From: Blochmannia endosymbiont of Camponotus modoc | GTDB lineage: Bacteria; Pseudomonadota; Gammaproteobacteria; Enterobacterales; Enterobacteriaceae | Assembly (NCBI RefSeq): GCF_023585785.1 | Contig: NZ_CP097765.1 | Coordinates: forward strand, 420,001 to 452,000 | Direction of reading: 5' to 3' | DNA: 32,000 nt | Shown here: positions 23,429 through 32,000 of the stretch, in pieces | Layout: each line of letters begins with the position of its first letter | Position numbering within the stretch: position 1 is the first letter of the stretch | Notes under the pieces: model-generated | What the model saw: the letters and a program-made list of their open reading frames with translations, nothing else | Told to the model about the DNA's origin: nothing | Database searches by the model: none | Position numbers and translations under genes: made by a program

Positions 23429-24730
23429 TTAAGACATTATTCTTAAAATTAGGTTACGTAACGAAGAAAAACATTTGGATATTTCATACGATAAAATAGG
23501 TAATTTCATACGCTCTTTTAATACAACTGGTAATATTACTTGTATCTTTTTTTTCAAAAAATCCTCTACTAACTCTTTAAATTTAACAGGATGAGCAGTA
23601 CCAAGACATATACCAAATTCATCAGAATGTAATTTATCGCATAGTGATCGATATGCTACAGCGGTATGAGGTTCGGAAAGATATCCTAAATCTGCAATTT
23701 CTTGGACTGTTTTCTCGGTGAGAAAATCATTAACACAACCATATTCCAAATCTTTAATAGATTTATTTTCTCGACGAAATAATTCTTCTATTCTAGACCA
23801 ATTACTTGGAGAGCTTACATCCATAGCATTAGAAAACGTTGAAACAGTAGGACGAGGTTCCCAATAACCATATTCTAAAAATCTAGGCACAGTATCATTA
23901 ATATTAGTAGCAGCAATAAACTTCTTCACTGGTAATCCACAAGATTGAGCTAATAATCCTGCTGTTAAATTTCCAAAATTACCGCTAGGAACTGCAATAA
24001 CTAGTTTATTACGCATGTGATGCGGTAATTGTGATACCCCTTCAAAATAGTAACAAATTTGAGCTAATAATCGACCAATGTTAATGGAATTCGCAGAATT
24101 TAAATCTAATTTTTGTCGCAGTACGCTGTCATCAAAAGCTTGCTTAACTAAACGTTGACATGAATCAAAATCTCCGTTTACTGATATTGTAGAAACATTG
24201 CCTCCTAAAGTGCAAAATAATTTTTCTTGTAATGCACTAATCTTACCTCTAGGGTAAAGAATTATAACATGTATATTACTTAAATTAAAAAAAGCATGGG
24301 CTACAGCAGCACCTGTATCTCCAGAAGTAGCAGTCAGAATAACCATCGGTTTATCAAAACGATGGTTAGTCTGATTTAACATCTGCGCCATTAATCGACT
24401 TCCAAAATCTTTAAAAGCCAAAGTTGGGCCGTGAAAAAGTTCTAAAACTGCAACATTATTATTTATACACACTAATGGGACTGGAAAATTAAAAGCATTT
24501 TTAACACAAGTTAATATACTATTTTTTGATAATTCAGAGCCAATATATGTAGATAAAATATGCGTACTACGTTCTATAAAACTCATTTCTAAGAGAGAAT
24601 TTATTTCAAATATAGAGAATTTTGGAAGATCTTCTGGGAAAAATAACCCCTGATTTTTTCCTAATCCTTGCAAGAGAGCTTGAGTAAACGTGACTTGTTC
24701 ACTATGTTGATTAATATTATATAGTTTCAT
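23429..24730 (-). CDS. thrC: Threonine synthase
   Basis: 433-aa ORF; '[36 protein letters not shown]', PLP motif '[16 protein letters not shown]', '[17 protein letters not shown]'. Confidence 0.98.
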   Translation of the reverse strand: MKLYNINQHSEQVTFTQALLQGLGKNQGLFFPEDLPKFSIFEINSLLEMSFIERSTHILSTYIGSELSKNSILTCVKNAFNFPVPLVCINNNVAVLELFHGPTLAFKDFGSRLMAQMLNQTNHRFDKPMVILTATSGDTGAAVAHAFFNLSNIHVIILYPRGKISALQEKLFCTLGGNVSTISVNGDFDSCQRLVKQAFDDSVLRQKLDLNSANSINIGRLLAQICYYFEGVSQLPHHMRNKLVIAVPSGNFGNLTAGLLAQSCGLPVKKFIAATNINDTVPRFLEYGYWEPRPTVSTFSNAMDVSSPSNWSRIEELFRRENKSIKDLEYGCVNDFLTEKTVQEIADLGYLSEPHTAVAYRSLCDKLHSDEFGICLGTAHPVKFKELVEDFLKKKIQVILPVVLKERMKLPILSYEISKCFSSLRNLILRIMS

Positions 24731-25680
24731 TCATTATTCACCATAATACGCGCTCCAAGATTATCTAAAGAACAAATTCGAACAAAACCTGAATTATTTT
24801 GTAAATAAAAACGTGATAACCAATTAGAAATATCTTCTATTACATCATGATTATTACATAATACAAAAACTGTAGGACCAGATCCTGAAATACCACAAGA
24901 TATAGCACCTCTTTTCATAACACTATGACGTATGCAAGATAATTCAATCGGAAACAATCGTGATCGATAAGGTTCTGCAATGATGTCCTTCATACATCTA
25001 ATTGCTAAATATTCTTGTTTAGTATGACAAGCATGTACAAATCCGGATAAATTTTGACTATGATTAATACAATCTTCACGATCATATTTATTTGGTAATA
25101 CTGATCGAGATACTGCTGTAGACATTTTAATACCTGGATACGCTACAATCCACAACCAATCATCAAAGCTAGGTATTATCTGGTTAACAATATTACAATT
25201 CTGCAATATTAAACGCGTACCTCCTAAAAAACAAGGAGACACATTATCAAAATGAATTGAACCAGAAATTTTACCTTCCATTTCCCCCATTAGCATGAGC
25301 AATTGATCTGTATTAAGTGGACATCCACAATGATAATTCATTGCGACCAATACAGCTACTATGGAACAAGCGCTAGAACCCAAACCAGAAGAAACAGGAA
25401 TATTTTTTTCCAATTTAATACTCAAAAAATATGTTTGTCCTAAAATTTCACAAAATCTTCTCCAACATTGGAATACGATATTTTCTTCTAATTGTATTGG
25501 TAATTGACTATGAAAAAATCCTGTACTTCTTAAACTAAATGCATTAGCATTTTCAACACTAATGCAATCTCCAAGTAAGCTACCATTTATTGGAGCAATT
25601 GCCATACCTAAAGTATCAAACCCCACTCCAATATTAGCGATAGACGCTGGCGCATAAACTCTGACCATATCTACACACAT
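24727..25680 (-). CDS. thrB: Homoserine kinase
   Basis: 317-aa ORF; GHMP-kinase motif '[24 protein letters not shown]', '[20 protein letters not shown]', '[11 protein letters not shown]'; 4-bp overlap with thrC. Confidence 0.98.
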   Translation of the reverse strand: MCVDMVRVYAPASIANIGVGFDTLGMAIAPINGSLLGDCISVENANAFSLRSTGFFHSQLPIQLEENIVFQCWRRFCEILGQTYFLSIKLEKNIPVSSGLGSSACSIVAVLVAMNYHCGCPLNTDQLLMLMGEMEGKISGSIHFDNVSPCFLGGTRLILQNCNIVNQIIPSFDDWLWIVAYPGIKMSTAVSRSVLPNKYDREDCINHSQNLSGFVHACHTKQEYLAIRCMKDIIAEPYRSRLFPIELSCIRHSVMKRGAISCGISGSGPTVFVLCNNHDVIEDISNWLSRFYLQNNSGFVRICSLDNLGARIMVNNE

Positions 25681-25691
25681 CCTTACTTTTA

Positions 25692-28139
25692 TTATGATAA
25701 AGTGCGTAATAAATCTGCAAATACTCCGGCTGCTGTAACATCATTACCTGCACCATAACCACGTAATACCAATGGTAATGGTTGATAATACCGAGTAAAA
25801 AATGCAAGAGCATTTTCTCCATCTTTTACTTTAAATAATGGATGATTATTATTTATAGATTCGATTTGCACGCGACACTGTCCTTCCTGTATATTCCCAA
25901 CATAACGCAATACATGTCCTGATTTATACGCCCTTTGAGCTTTATCAGAAATAATGTCATCTAGTAAAGACAATTTTTTAAAAAAACTATCCGTATCATT
26001 TTTACTTATAAAATTATGTGGTATTACTGGATCGACTTGAATATCATTCAATTCTAATTCATATCCAACTTCTCGTGCTAAAATTAATAATTTTCTAGCT
26101 ACGTCTATACCAGAAAGATCATCTCTAGGATCTGGTTCAGTATAGCCTTTCTTCTGAGCTAATAAAGTTGCAGCAGATAATGATAATCCTTCATCTAATT
26201 TTCCAAAAATAAATGATAAAGATCCAGATAAAATACCTGAAAAACTGATTAATTCATCTCCAGCATTTAACAAATTTTGCAAATTTTCTATAACTGGTAA
26301 TCCAGCTCCGACATTAGTATCATATAAAAATTTCCTTCGTGATTTTATCACAATATCCCTAAGTCTTCTATATTGCTCCATAGATCCGGTGTTAGCTTTT
26401 TTATTTGGTGTAATCACATGACAACCATTTAACAGAAAATCCACATAATAATTAACTACATCAATACTACTAGTGCAATCAACAACAACTGGATTTAATA
26501 AATGATTTTCTTGTATAATTTCCATTAATTTTTTTAAATTACAAGATTCATGAGTTTTCTTTAGAGATGATTCCCAGTTATTTAAATCAATCCCATTTAT
26601 GTCGATACACATCATTCGAGAATTAATAATACCACATACTCGTAGGTCGATATGTTTATTTTTTAACCAATGTCTCTGACGTCGAATTTGTTCTATTAAA
26701 GCAGTACCAACGCCTCCAGATCCAATAATAAATACTTCTATTAATTGATCAGTACTAAATAACATTTGATGAGCTACTCTAATTCCAATAGCAGTAACAT
26801 TGTTTTTTATCACCACCGAAATAGAACGCTCTGAAGATCCTTGAGCAATTGCAATAATATTAATATTAGCGCGAGCTAATGCTTCGAACAATTTGTTAGA
26901 CAAACCAAGTTGAGTACGCATGCCATCGCCCACAACTGAAATAATTGCGAGATCTCGTATCGCATCTATTGGCTCCAAAAGTCCATTTTTTAATTCTAAA
27001 TTAAATTCTTCATTTAATGCAGTGCAAGCTTTTGATAACTCTTGATAAGGCACGCAAAAACTTATACTATACTCAGAAGATGATTGAGTGATTAACACTA
27101 CTGAACATATGGCCTTAGACATTGCAGAAAACACACGAGCGGCCATTCCAATCATTCCTTTCATTCCTGGTCCAGAAATATTTAACATTACCATATCATT
27201 TAAATATGTAATTCCTTTAACTATATTAGTCGTATCATTATTAATTGATCCAATTAATGTTCCAGGAGCATTAGGTTTGAAAACATTTTTTATTAAACAA
27301 GGTATGTGAAATTGAGCAATCGGCACAATAGTGCGTGGATGTAAAATTTTAGCTCCAAAATAAGAAAGTTCCATAGCCTCTTGATAAGATAATGAATTTA
27401 ATAATTTTGCATTAGGTACTTGATGCGGATCACACGTATAAATACCATCTACATCTGTCCAAATTTCACAACGACTAGCACCTAAACAAGCCGCTAAAAT
27501 CGCAGCTGAATAATCAGAACCATTTCGACCTAAAGCAACTAATTCACCCTGCTCATTTCCCGCAGTAAATCCAGCCATTAACATAATATCCAAATGAGAA
27601 ATAGGTATATTTTTAATACGCCGCGTAGATTCTTCAATATTTACCATAGAGGTCAGATATTCTCTGCCTTGTGCTACAAGGTTATCCACTGGATTAATAA
27701 CAGTTATTTGGAGATTCCTCGCATTTAAAAGCCCTTCCATTAAAATAATGGACAACTTTTCCCCCAAACAAATAATATTAGCATTTATATTATCTGGACA
27801 AAATTTTAACAATGAAATTCCATGTAGTAAATTTTTTAAATGAATAAACTCTTGTTCTAATATAAGACGCAAAGTTATATGATTAAATCCTGGTTGAGTC
27901 TGTGCTATATCTTCTAACAAAGTATTAAAAATAGTTTCTATATTGTGAATATGTTCGAATACAGAACTACCATTTAACGTGCGATCAATAACTGATACTA
28001 GATAATTAGTAATCATTGCAGGTGCCGATAACACCGCTGCTATTTGTTCTTCTTGAGCGTTTTTTTCAAGAATATTGGCGACATGGATAAACTGATTTGC
28101 ATTAGAAAGTGCAGTGCCACCAAATTTCAATACTCGCAT
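25692..28139 (-). CDS. thrA: Bifunctional aspartokinase I / homoserine dehydrogenase I
   Basis: 815-aa ORF; '[17 protein letters not shown]', '[35 protein letters not shown]', '[16 protein letters not shown]', '[38 protein letters not shown]'; AGGAG upstream of ATG. Confidence 0.99.
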   Translation of the reverse strand: MRVLKFGGTALSNANQFIHVANILEKNAQEEQIAAVLSAPAMITNYLVSVIDRTLNGSSVFEHIHNIETIFNTLLEDIAQTQPGFNHITLRLILEQEFIHLKNLLHGISLLKFCPDNINANIICLGEKLSIILMEGLLNARNLQITVINPVDNLVAQGREYLTSMVNIEESTRRIKNIPISHLDIMLMAGFTAGNEQGELVALGRNGSDYSAAILAACLGASRCEIWTDVDGIYTCDPHQVPNAKLLNSLSYQEAMELSYFGAKILHPRTIVPIAQFHIPCLIKNVFKPNAPGTLIGSINNDTTNIVKGITYLNDMVMLNISGPGMKGMIGMAARVFSAMSKAICSVVLITQSSSEYSISFCVPYQELSKACTALNEEFNLELKNGLLEPIDAIRDLAIISVVGDGMRTQLGLSNKLFEALARANINIIAIAQGSSERSISVVIKNNVTAIGIRVAHQMLFSTDQLIEVFIIGSGGVGTALIEQIRRQRHWLKNKHIDLRVCGIINSRMMCIDINGIDLNNWESSLKKTHESCNLKKLMEIIQENHLLNPVVVDCTSSIDVVNYYVDFLLNGCHVITPNKKANTGSMEQYRRLRDIVIKSRRKFLYDTNVGAGLPVIENLQNLLNAGDELISFSGILSGSLSFIFGKLDEGLSLSAATLLAQKKGYTEPDPRDDLSGIDVARKLLILAREVGYELELNDIQVDPVIPHNFISKNDTDSFFKKLSLLDDIISDKAQRAYKSGHVLRYVGNIQEGQCRVQIESINNNHPLFKVKDGENALAFFTRYYQPLPLVLRGYGAGNDVTAAGVFADLLRTLS

Positions 28140-29091
28140 ATTTTATCTCCTAAATATGACTCTAATATCCTGAATTTCATTAATACAAATAAACAGCAAA
28201 GATCACATAATGTTTATCCATATTATTACTATGTTTTATTAGATAAATAATTATAATAAATAGTTAAAAATTAGCACAAACACACATTATATCTAATTAT
28301 ATCATTATATTAATTAATGTAGTACTATCTACAATAAAAACTTTTTAAAAACAATCAATTATTATTTAAGTATATAAAAGTTTTACTAATGTAGTAATAT
28401 CTGTTTTGACAAAAATTATCAAAATGTATATTTACCTGCATATACGCAAATATTTTTATATATACATACAATTAATTAAAAATAGATCATCTATTTATAA
28501 TAGAACGGTTTCAGTAATATTAATGTATTTATATACTTAAATATTCTTATATTTGCACATAAAATACACCAATTTATTTTAATGAAAATAGCAATAAAAA
28601 ATAAAATTACTCATTCTCAATGAGATATTTACATTCTATAAAAAGATATTCTTACATTTTTTGATATAAAAATATTTGATTTTGAAAAAAATCAAATATT
28701 AAAGGTAGGATTAAATAGATTAATTAAAATAATATATTTTATAATTCACGTTTAACGTCGTGTGATTTGTTGAACCACATTTAACATAAATTTTTTATTG
28801 GAAATAATTCTTGACGTTTTTAGTAAAAATCACGCATATAGTTTACATTCATATTATAAATACTCTAGCAATTAATAATTATTGTTAATTTTAAAATTAA
28901 TATAATTCAATAGAATCAGGACATAAATGCTATTTATCTAATAAATTTTTATTTACATTACGTCAAATTATCAATATGTTGTAAGATAAATTGTGTGCAT
29001 GTAATTTTAAAAAATTAAAAAAATCAAGATAATATCACTGTATTATTTTTAATATATTTTTTTTATTACCGATAAATATTGATTAAATAAT

Positions 29092-29520
29092 TTAAGTATT
29101 TAGTCTAATACCACTAATTTGTCGCCATAAATCACGCTTTGCGTGAATATCACATTTTAATATTGGCAAAGATGGAGTGATTAGACATATACCGTTCAAA
29201 TTATTTAATACTTTAGTACCAATCCACCAACAATAACAAGAAAATTCTGATGGAATAATTAAAATTTTAATTTGGTTAGTAGTCAACGCGTATACTTCTC
29301 TAGGATTAATCTGCATAGCACGTATAACATCTTTAACAAAAGGATCATCTAATGATATCGGAAAATCCGATGATATTAATACTAAACGAAGACATGGCCA
29401 TAACTTAATCGGATTTATGTTGTCTAAAACTACAGGATATCGTAACTTCCAAAGCGTAATACCTAATTCCTGAAAAATAAACGCATGTGGTTTATTTCTA
29501 TTATTAGTAAGCATAATCAT
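29092..29520 (-). CDS. holD: DNA polymerase III psi subunit (HolD)
   Basis: 142-aa ORF; 'FQELGITLWKLRYPVVL' resembles E. coli HolD 'LQQLGITQWSLRRPGAL'; also 'RLVLISSDFPISLDDPFVKDVIRAMQINPREVYALTTNQIKIL' vs 'RLVMVANDLPALTDPLVSDVLRALTVSPDQVLQLTPEKIAML'. Confidence 0.88.
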   Translation of the reverse strand: MIMLTNNRNKPHAFIFQELGITLWKLRYPVVLDNINPIKLWPCLRLVLISSDFPISLDDPFVKDVIRAMQINPREVYALTTNQIKILIIPSEFSCYCWWIGTKVLNNLNGICLITPSLPILKCDIHAKRDLWRQISGIRLNT

Positions 29521-29674
29521 TCATATTTAACATATTATTATTTAGTAAATGATAATATCAATAATTTATTCTGACAATAATGTTTATATATTTAACATAT
29601 ATACTAAAAAATAATTAATTTAGAATGATGTTATTTTATCTGAATCATATATATTTCCAATTAAATGTTTTTTG

Positions 29675-31369
29675 TCAATGTACATCATTACACGAAGACA
29701 TACTACCTAAGAATTTCATATTTATTGGTTTATTTAAAATACGTGCATGAGACAACTGCGTTAGTATTTTGTTACTAGATAGCCCTTTGTCTAACTCAAT
29801 AATAGCATGAAAAGAAAATAATTTAATATTACCTATTTCGTGATAACGAATATTAGCAATATTATTCGAAAGTACTCTAATAATATGACGTATTTTAACT
29901 CCATCATTACGCCCTACTGATATGTGATAAGCATCCATATTATCAGCAATTTTAGATTGCAACCTAGTTTTAATAGCTCTATAATTTTGACGATTACTAT
30001 TTATACGCATTTTAGAAACTGATTTATTTTTAACAATCGGATCTGGAGGTAATACCAATGGACGATTTCCTTGCGCTATTTTCAGCAAAACCGCTGCTAA
30101 ATTTTCCGTTGTCAAGTCTCTTCTAGGTTTTATTTGGGGTAATAGAGCTCGATATACATCCAAATCATCATTCTCAGTACTTAATTGATATTCTACTTTA
30201 TTCGTAAATCTCAATAATCGACAATCAAATAAAGTTTTAGAGGTAGGATACTGAACCTCTGGAATTTTTAAGTTTATTTTACGTTCAATATGACGCAACA
30301 AACGACATTCTTTCTGCTCTACAAATAATAAAGATTTTCCCATGCGTCCTGCTCTACCAGTTCTGCCTATACGATGTATATAGGCATCAGAATTTATTGG
30401 TATATCATAATTTATTACTAAACTAATACGATGCACATCTAATCCACGTGCAGCAACATCAGTAGCTATAAGAATATCTAATTTACCATGCCTTAATCGA
30501 TCTAACGTCTGATGTCGTACTGTTTGATTCATATCTCCATTCAAAGCTGCACTATTGTAACCAAATCTCTCTAATATTTCGGAAATCTCTAGCGTTGCAT
30601 ATTTAGTACGAACAAAAACAATAGCTGCATCAAAATCTTCTGTTTCTAAAAAACGCATTAAAGCGTCATGTTTAGCGATTCCTGCATGCACTAACCAATA
30701 ACTTTGTCTAATATTAGCACACATGCTAGTATTAGAATGAATAAATACTTCTTTTGGATTATTCATAAATCGATAACTTATACGACGAATACCCATAGGT
30801 AAAGTAGCAGAAAATAATGCTGTTTGACGTTTAACTGGAATATTTTTAATGATACGCTCTACATCTTCAATAAATCCCATACGCAACATTTCATCAGCTT
30901 CATCTATCACTAAAGTTTTTAGTTGCGATAAATTAGCAGTGCCACGGTTTAAATGATCTATTAGTCTACCTGGAGTACTTACTATAATATGAGGTCTCTT
31001 ATTTAAAGCACTTAATTGAATGCCATAACTTTGCCCTCCATATAAAGTAACAACATTTATTTTTTTCATATATCTTGAAAAATTAGAACACACTCTCCCA
31101 ATTTGTATCGCTAACTCTCGAGTAGGCGTTATAATTAAACCCTGAGAACAAGAATTGTTAATATCAATATTATGTAATAATGGTAAAACAAATGCCGCAG
31201 TTTTTCCGCTACCTGTATGCGCCATTCCTAACACATCATATCCAGCTAATAAATATGGAATGCATTGAATTTGAATCGGTAAAGGTTTTTCATACCCCAC
31301 ATCATGTAAAACATTGACAATATAACGATTTAATCCTAAATCTATAAAAGAGTCTGCGGTTTTCGACAT
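29675..31369 (-). CDS. deaD: ATP-dependent RNA helicase DeaD/CsdA (DEAD-box)
   Basis: 564-aa ORF; 'GMAHTGSGKTAAF', 'PTRELAIQ', 'VIDEADEMLRMGF', 'LFSATLP', 'HRIGRTGRAG', C-terminal RNA-binding region 'AYHISVGRNDGVKIRHIIRVLSNN'. Confidence 0.95.
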   Translation of the reverse strand: MSKTADSFIDLGLNRYIVNVLHDVGYEKPLPIQIQCIPYLLAGYDVLGMAHTGSGKTAAFVLPLLHNIDINNSCSQGLIITPTRELAIQIGRVCSNFSRYMKKINVVTLYGGQSYGIQLSALNKRPHIIVSTPGRLIDHLNRGTANLSQLKTLVIDEADEMLRMGFIEDVERIIKNIPVKRQTALFSATLPMGIRRISYRFMNNPKEVFIHSNTSMCANIRQSYWLVHAGIAKHDALMRFLETEDFDAAIVFVRTKYATLEISEILERFGYNSAALNGDMNQTVRHQTLDRLRHGKLDILIATDVAARGLDVHRISLVINYDIPINSDAYIHRIGRTGRAGRMGKSLLFVEQKECRLLRHIERKINLKIPEVQYPTSKTLFDCRLLRFTNKVEYQLSTENDDLDVYRALLPQIKPRRDLTTENLAAVLLKIAQGNRPLVLPPDPIVKNKSVSKMRINSNRQNYRAIKTRLQSKIADNMDAYHISVGRNDGVKIRHIIRVLSNNIANIRYHEIGNIKLFSFHAIIELDKGLSSNKILTQLSHARILNKPINMKFLGSMSSCNDVH

Positions 31370-32000
31370 CTGTGATTACCTCATTTTAATAAACAATTAA
31401 CTGTATAAAATACACATCAAAACCCTTTTAAAAAATATAAAAAGAATACACATACAGACGGATTAAAGTTATTTTAATAACAACGCTCTCGTCATACATA
31501 TCCTGCGCTTGCAATAACTACAAATTAAAATAAAATTAACAATATTGATTATAACTTCATGAATACGAGTATAAATTCCATTTCATAAAGAAGAAAAAAC
31601 ATTAATTCTTGAGATGCTATGAAATATTAACCATATATATTTTGTATAAGTTATGTAATAGTGTATCACTAATTCAATTGATTTATTTCCTTAGTACCCA
31701 TATTTATCTTGTATTAGAATTTTATTCTATTAAGCATCAAATGATTTGATTTGATTTATTTTTTAAATGATAATATGCACTATCTTACTTAATTGTATTA
31801 TATACCTTATATATACCCTTATATATGCCTTAATATTATATATGATTTTTTTATTGCTATAAATTTCAACACCCAACCTAGAACCTAGCTACATGAATCG
31901 TCACCGATCTTTTCTATGTAATCAACCACGCAACTACAATTATCTCACATACGTAAACATATAAAATTTTATCACAGTAAAATACTATGCGCTCACTTGA

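Noticed and set aside
25634-28250. Small ORFs 25634..25822 (-), 27088..27309 (+) and 28044..28250 (+) around thrA/thrB
   Set aside because: Alternative-frame or antisense ORFs overlapping intact thr genes; no ribosome-binding or homology support.
29521-29674. Possible rimI remnant next to holD
   Set aside because: rimI follows holD in E. coli, but this short interval is upstream of holD here and has no recognisable acetyltransferase sequence.
1-32000. Possible hidden defence, mobile or secondary-metabolite system
   Set aside because: Every ORF above about 90 aa is assigned to a conserved housekeeping or biosynthetic family. I saw no transposase, integrase, toxin-antitoxin, CRISPR repeat array, reverse transcriptase or restriction-modification motif in any frame provided.

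Overview
This 32 kb AT-rich window has the gene content and order of a chromosomal segment from a reduced-genome gammaproteobacterial insect endosymbiont. It most resembles 'Candidatus Blochmannia' (an inference from gene content and order, not a database result). The order is lptD-surA-pdxA-ksgA-apaH > < folA-carB-carA-dapB-ispH-lspA-ileS-ribF / rpsT(+) / dnaJ-dnaK-thrC-thrB-thrA-holD-deaD. From lptD to thrA this is essentially the E. coli 0-1.3 min region, inverted and stripped of many genes (for example apaG and fkpB are absent from their usual slots). I see no phage, transposon, CRISPR, toxin-antitoxin or defence-like module, and no convincing tRNA or rRNA. No previously undescribed multi-gene system is evident. 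The points worth following up are: (1) ispH has no ATG/GTG/TTG start upstream of its catalytic Cys12 and appears to start at ATT (or ATA) behind a good Shine-Dalgarno; (2) rpsT keeps the UUG start; (3) a near-consensus sigma-32 promoter lies upstream of dnaK; (4) both parvulin domains of SurA look degenerate; (5) LptD has an altered C-terminal cysteine pair; (6) the thr operon has no visible thrL attenuator; (7) many 9-10 nt poly(A) tracts sit inside intact coding frames; (8) several long AT-rich spacers have no explained content.
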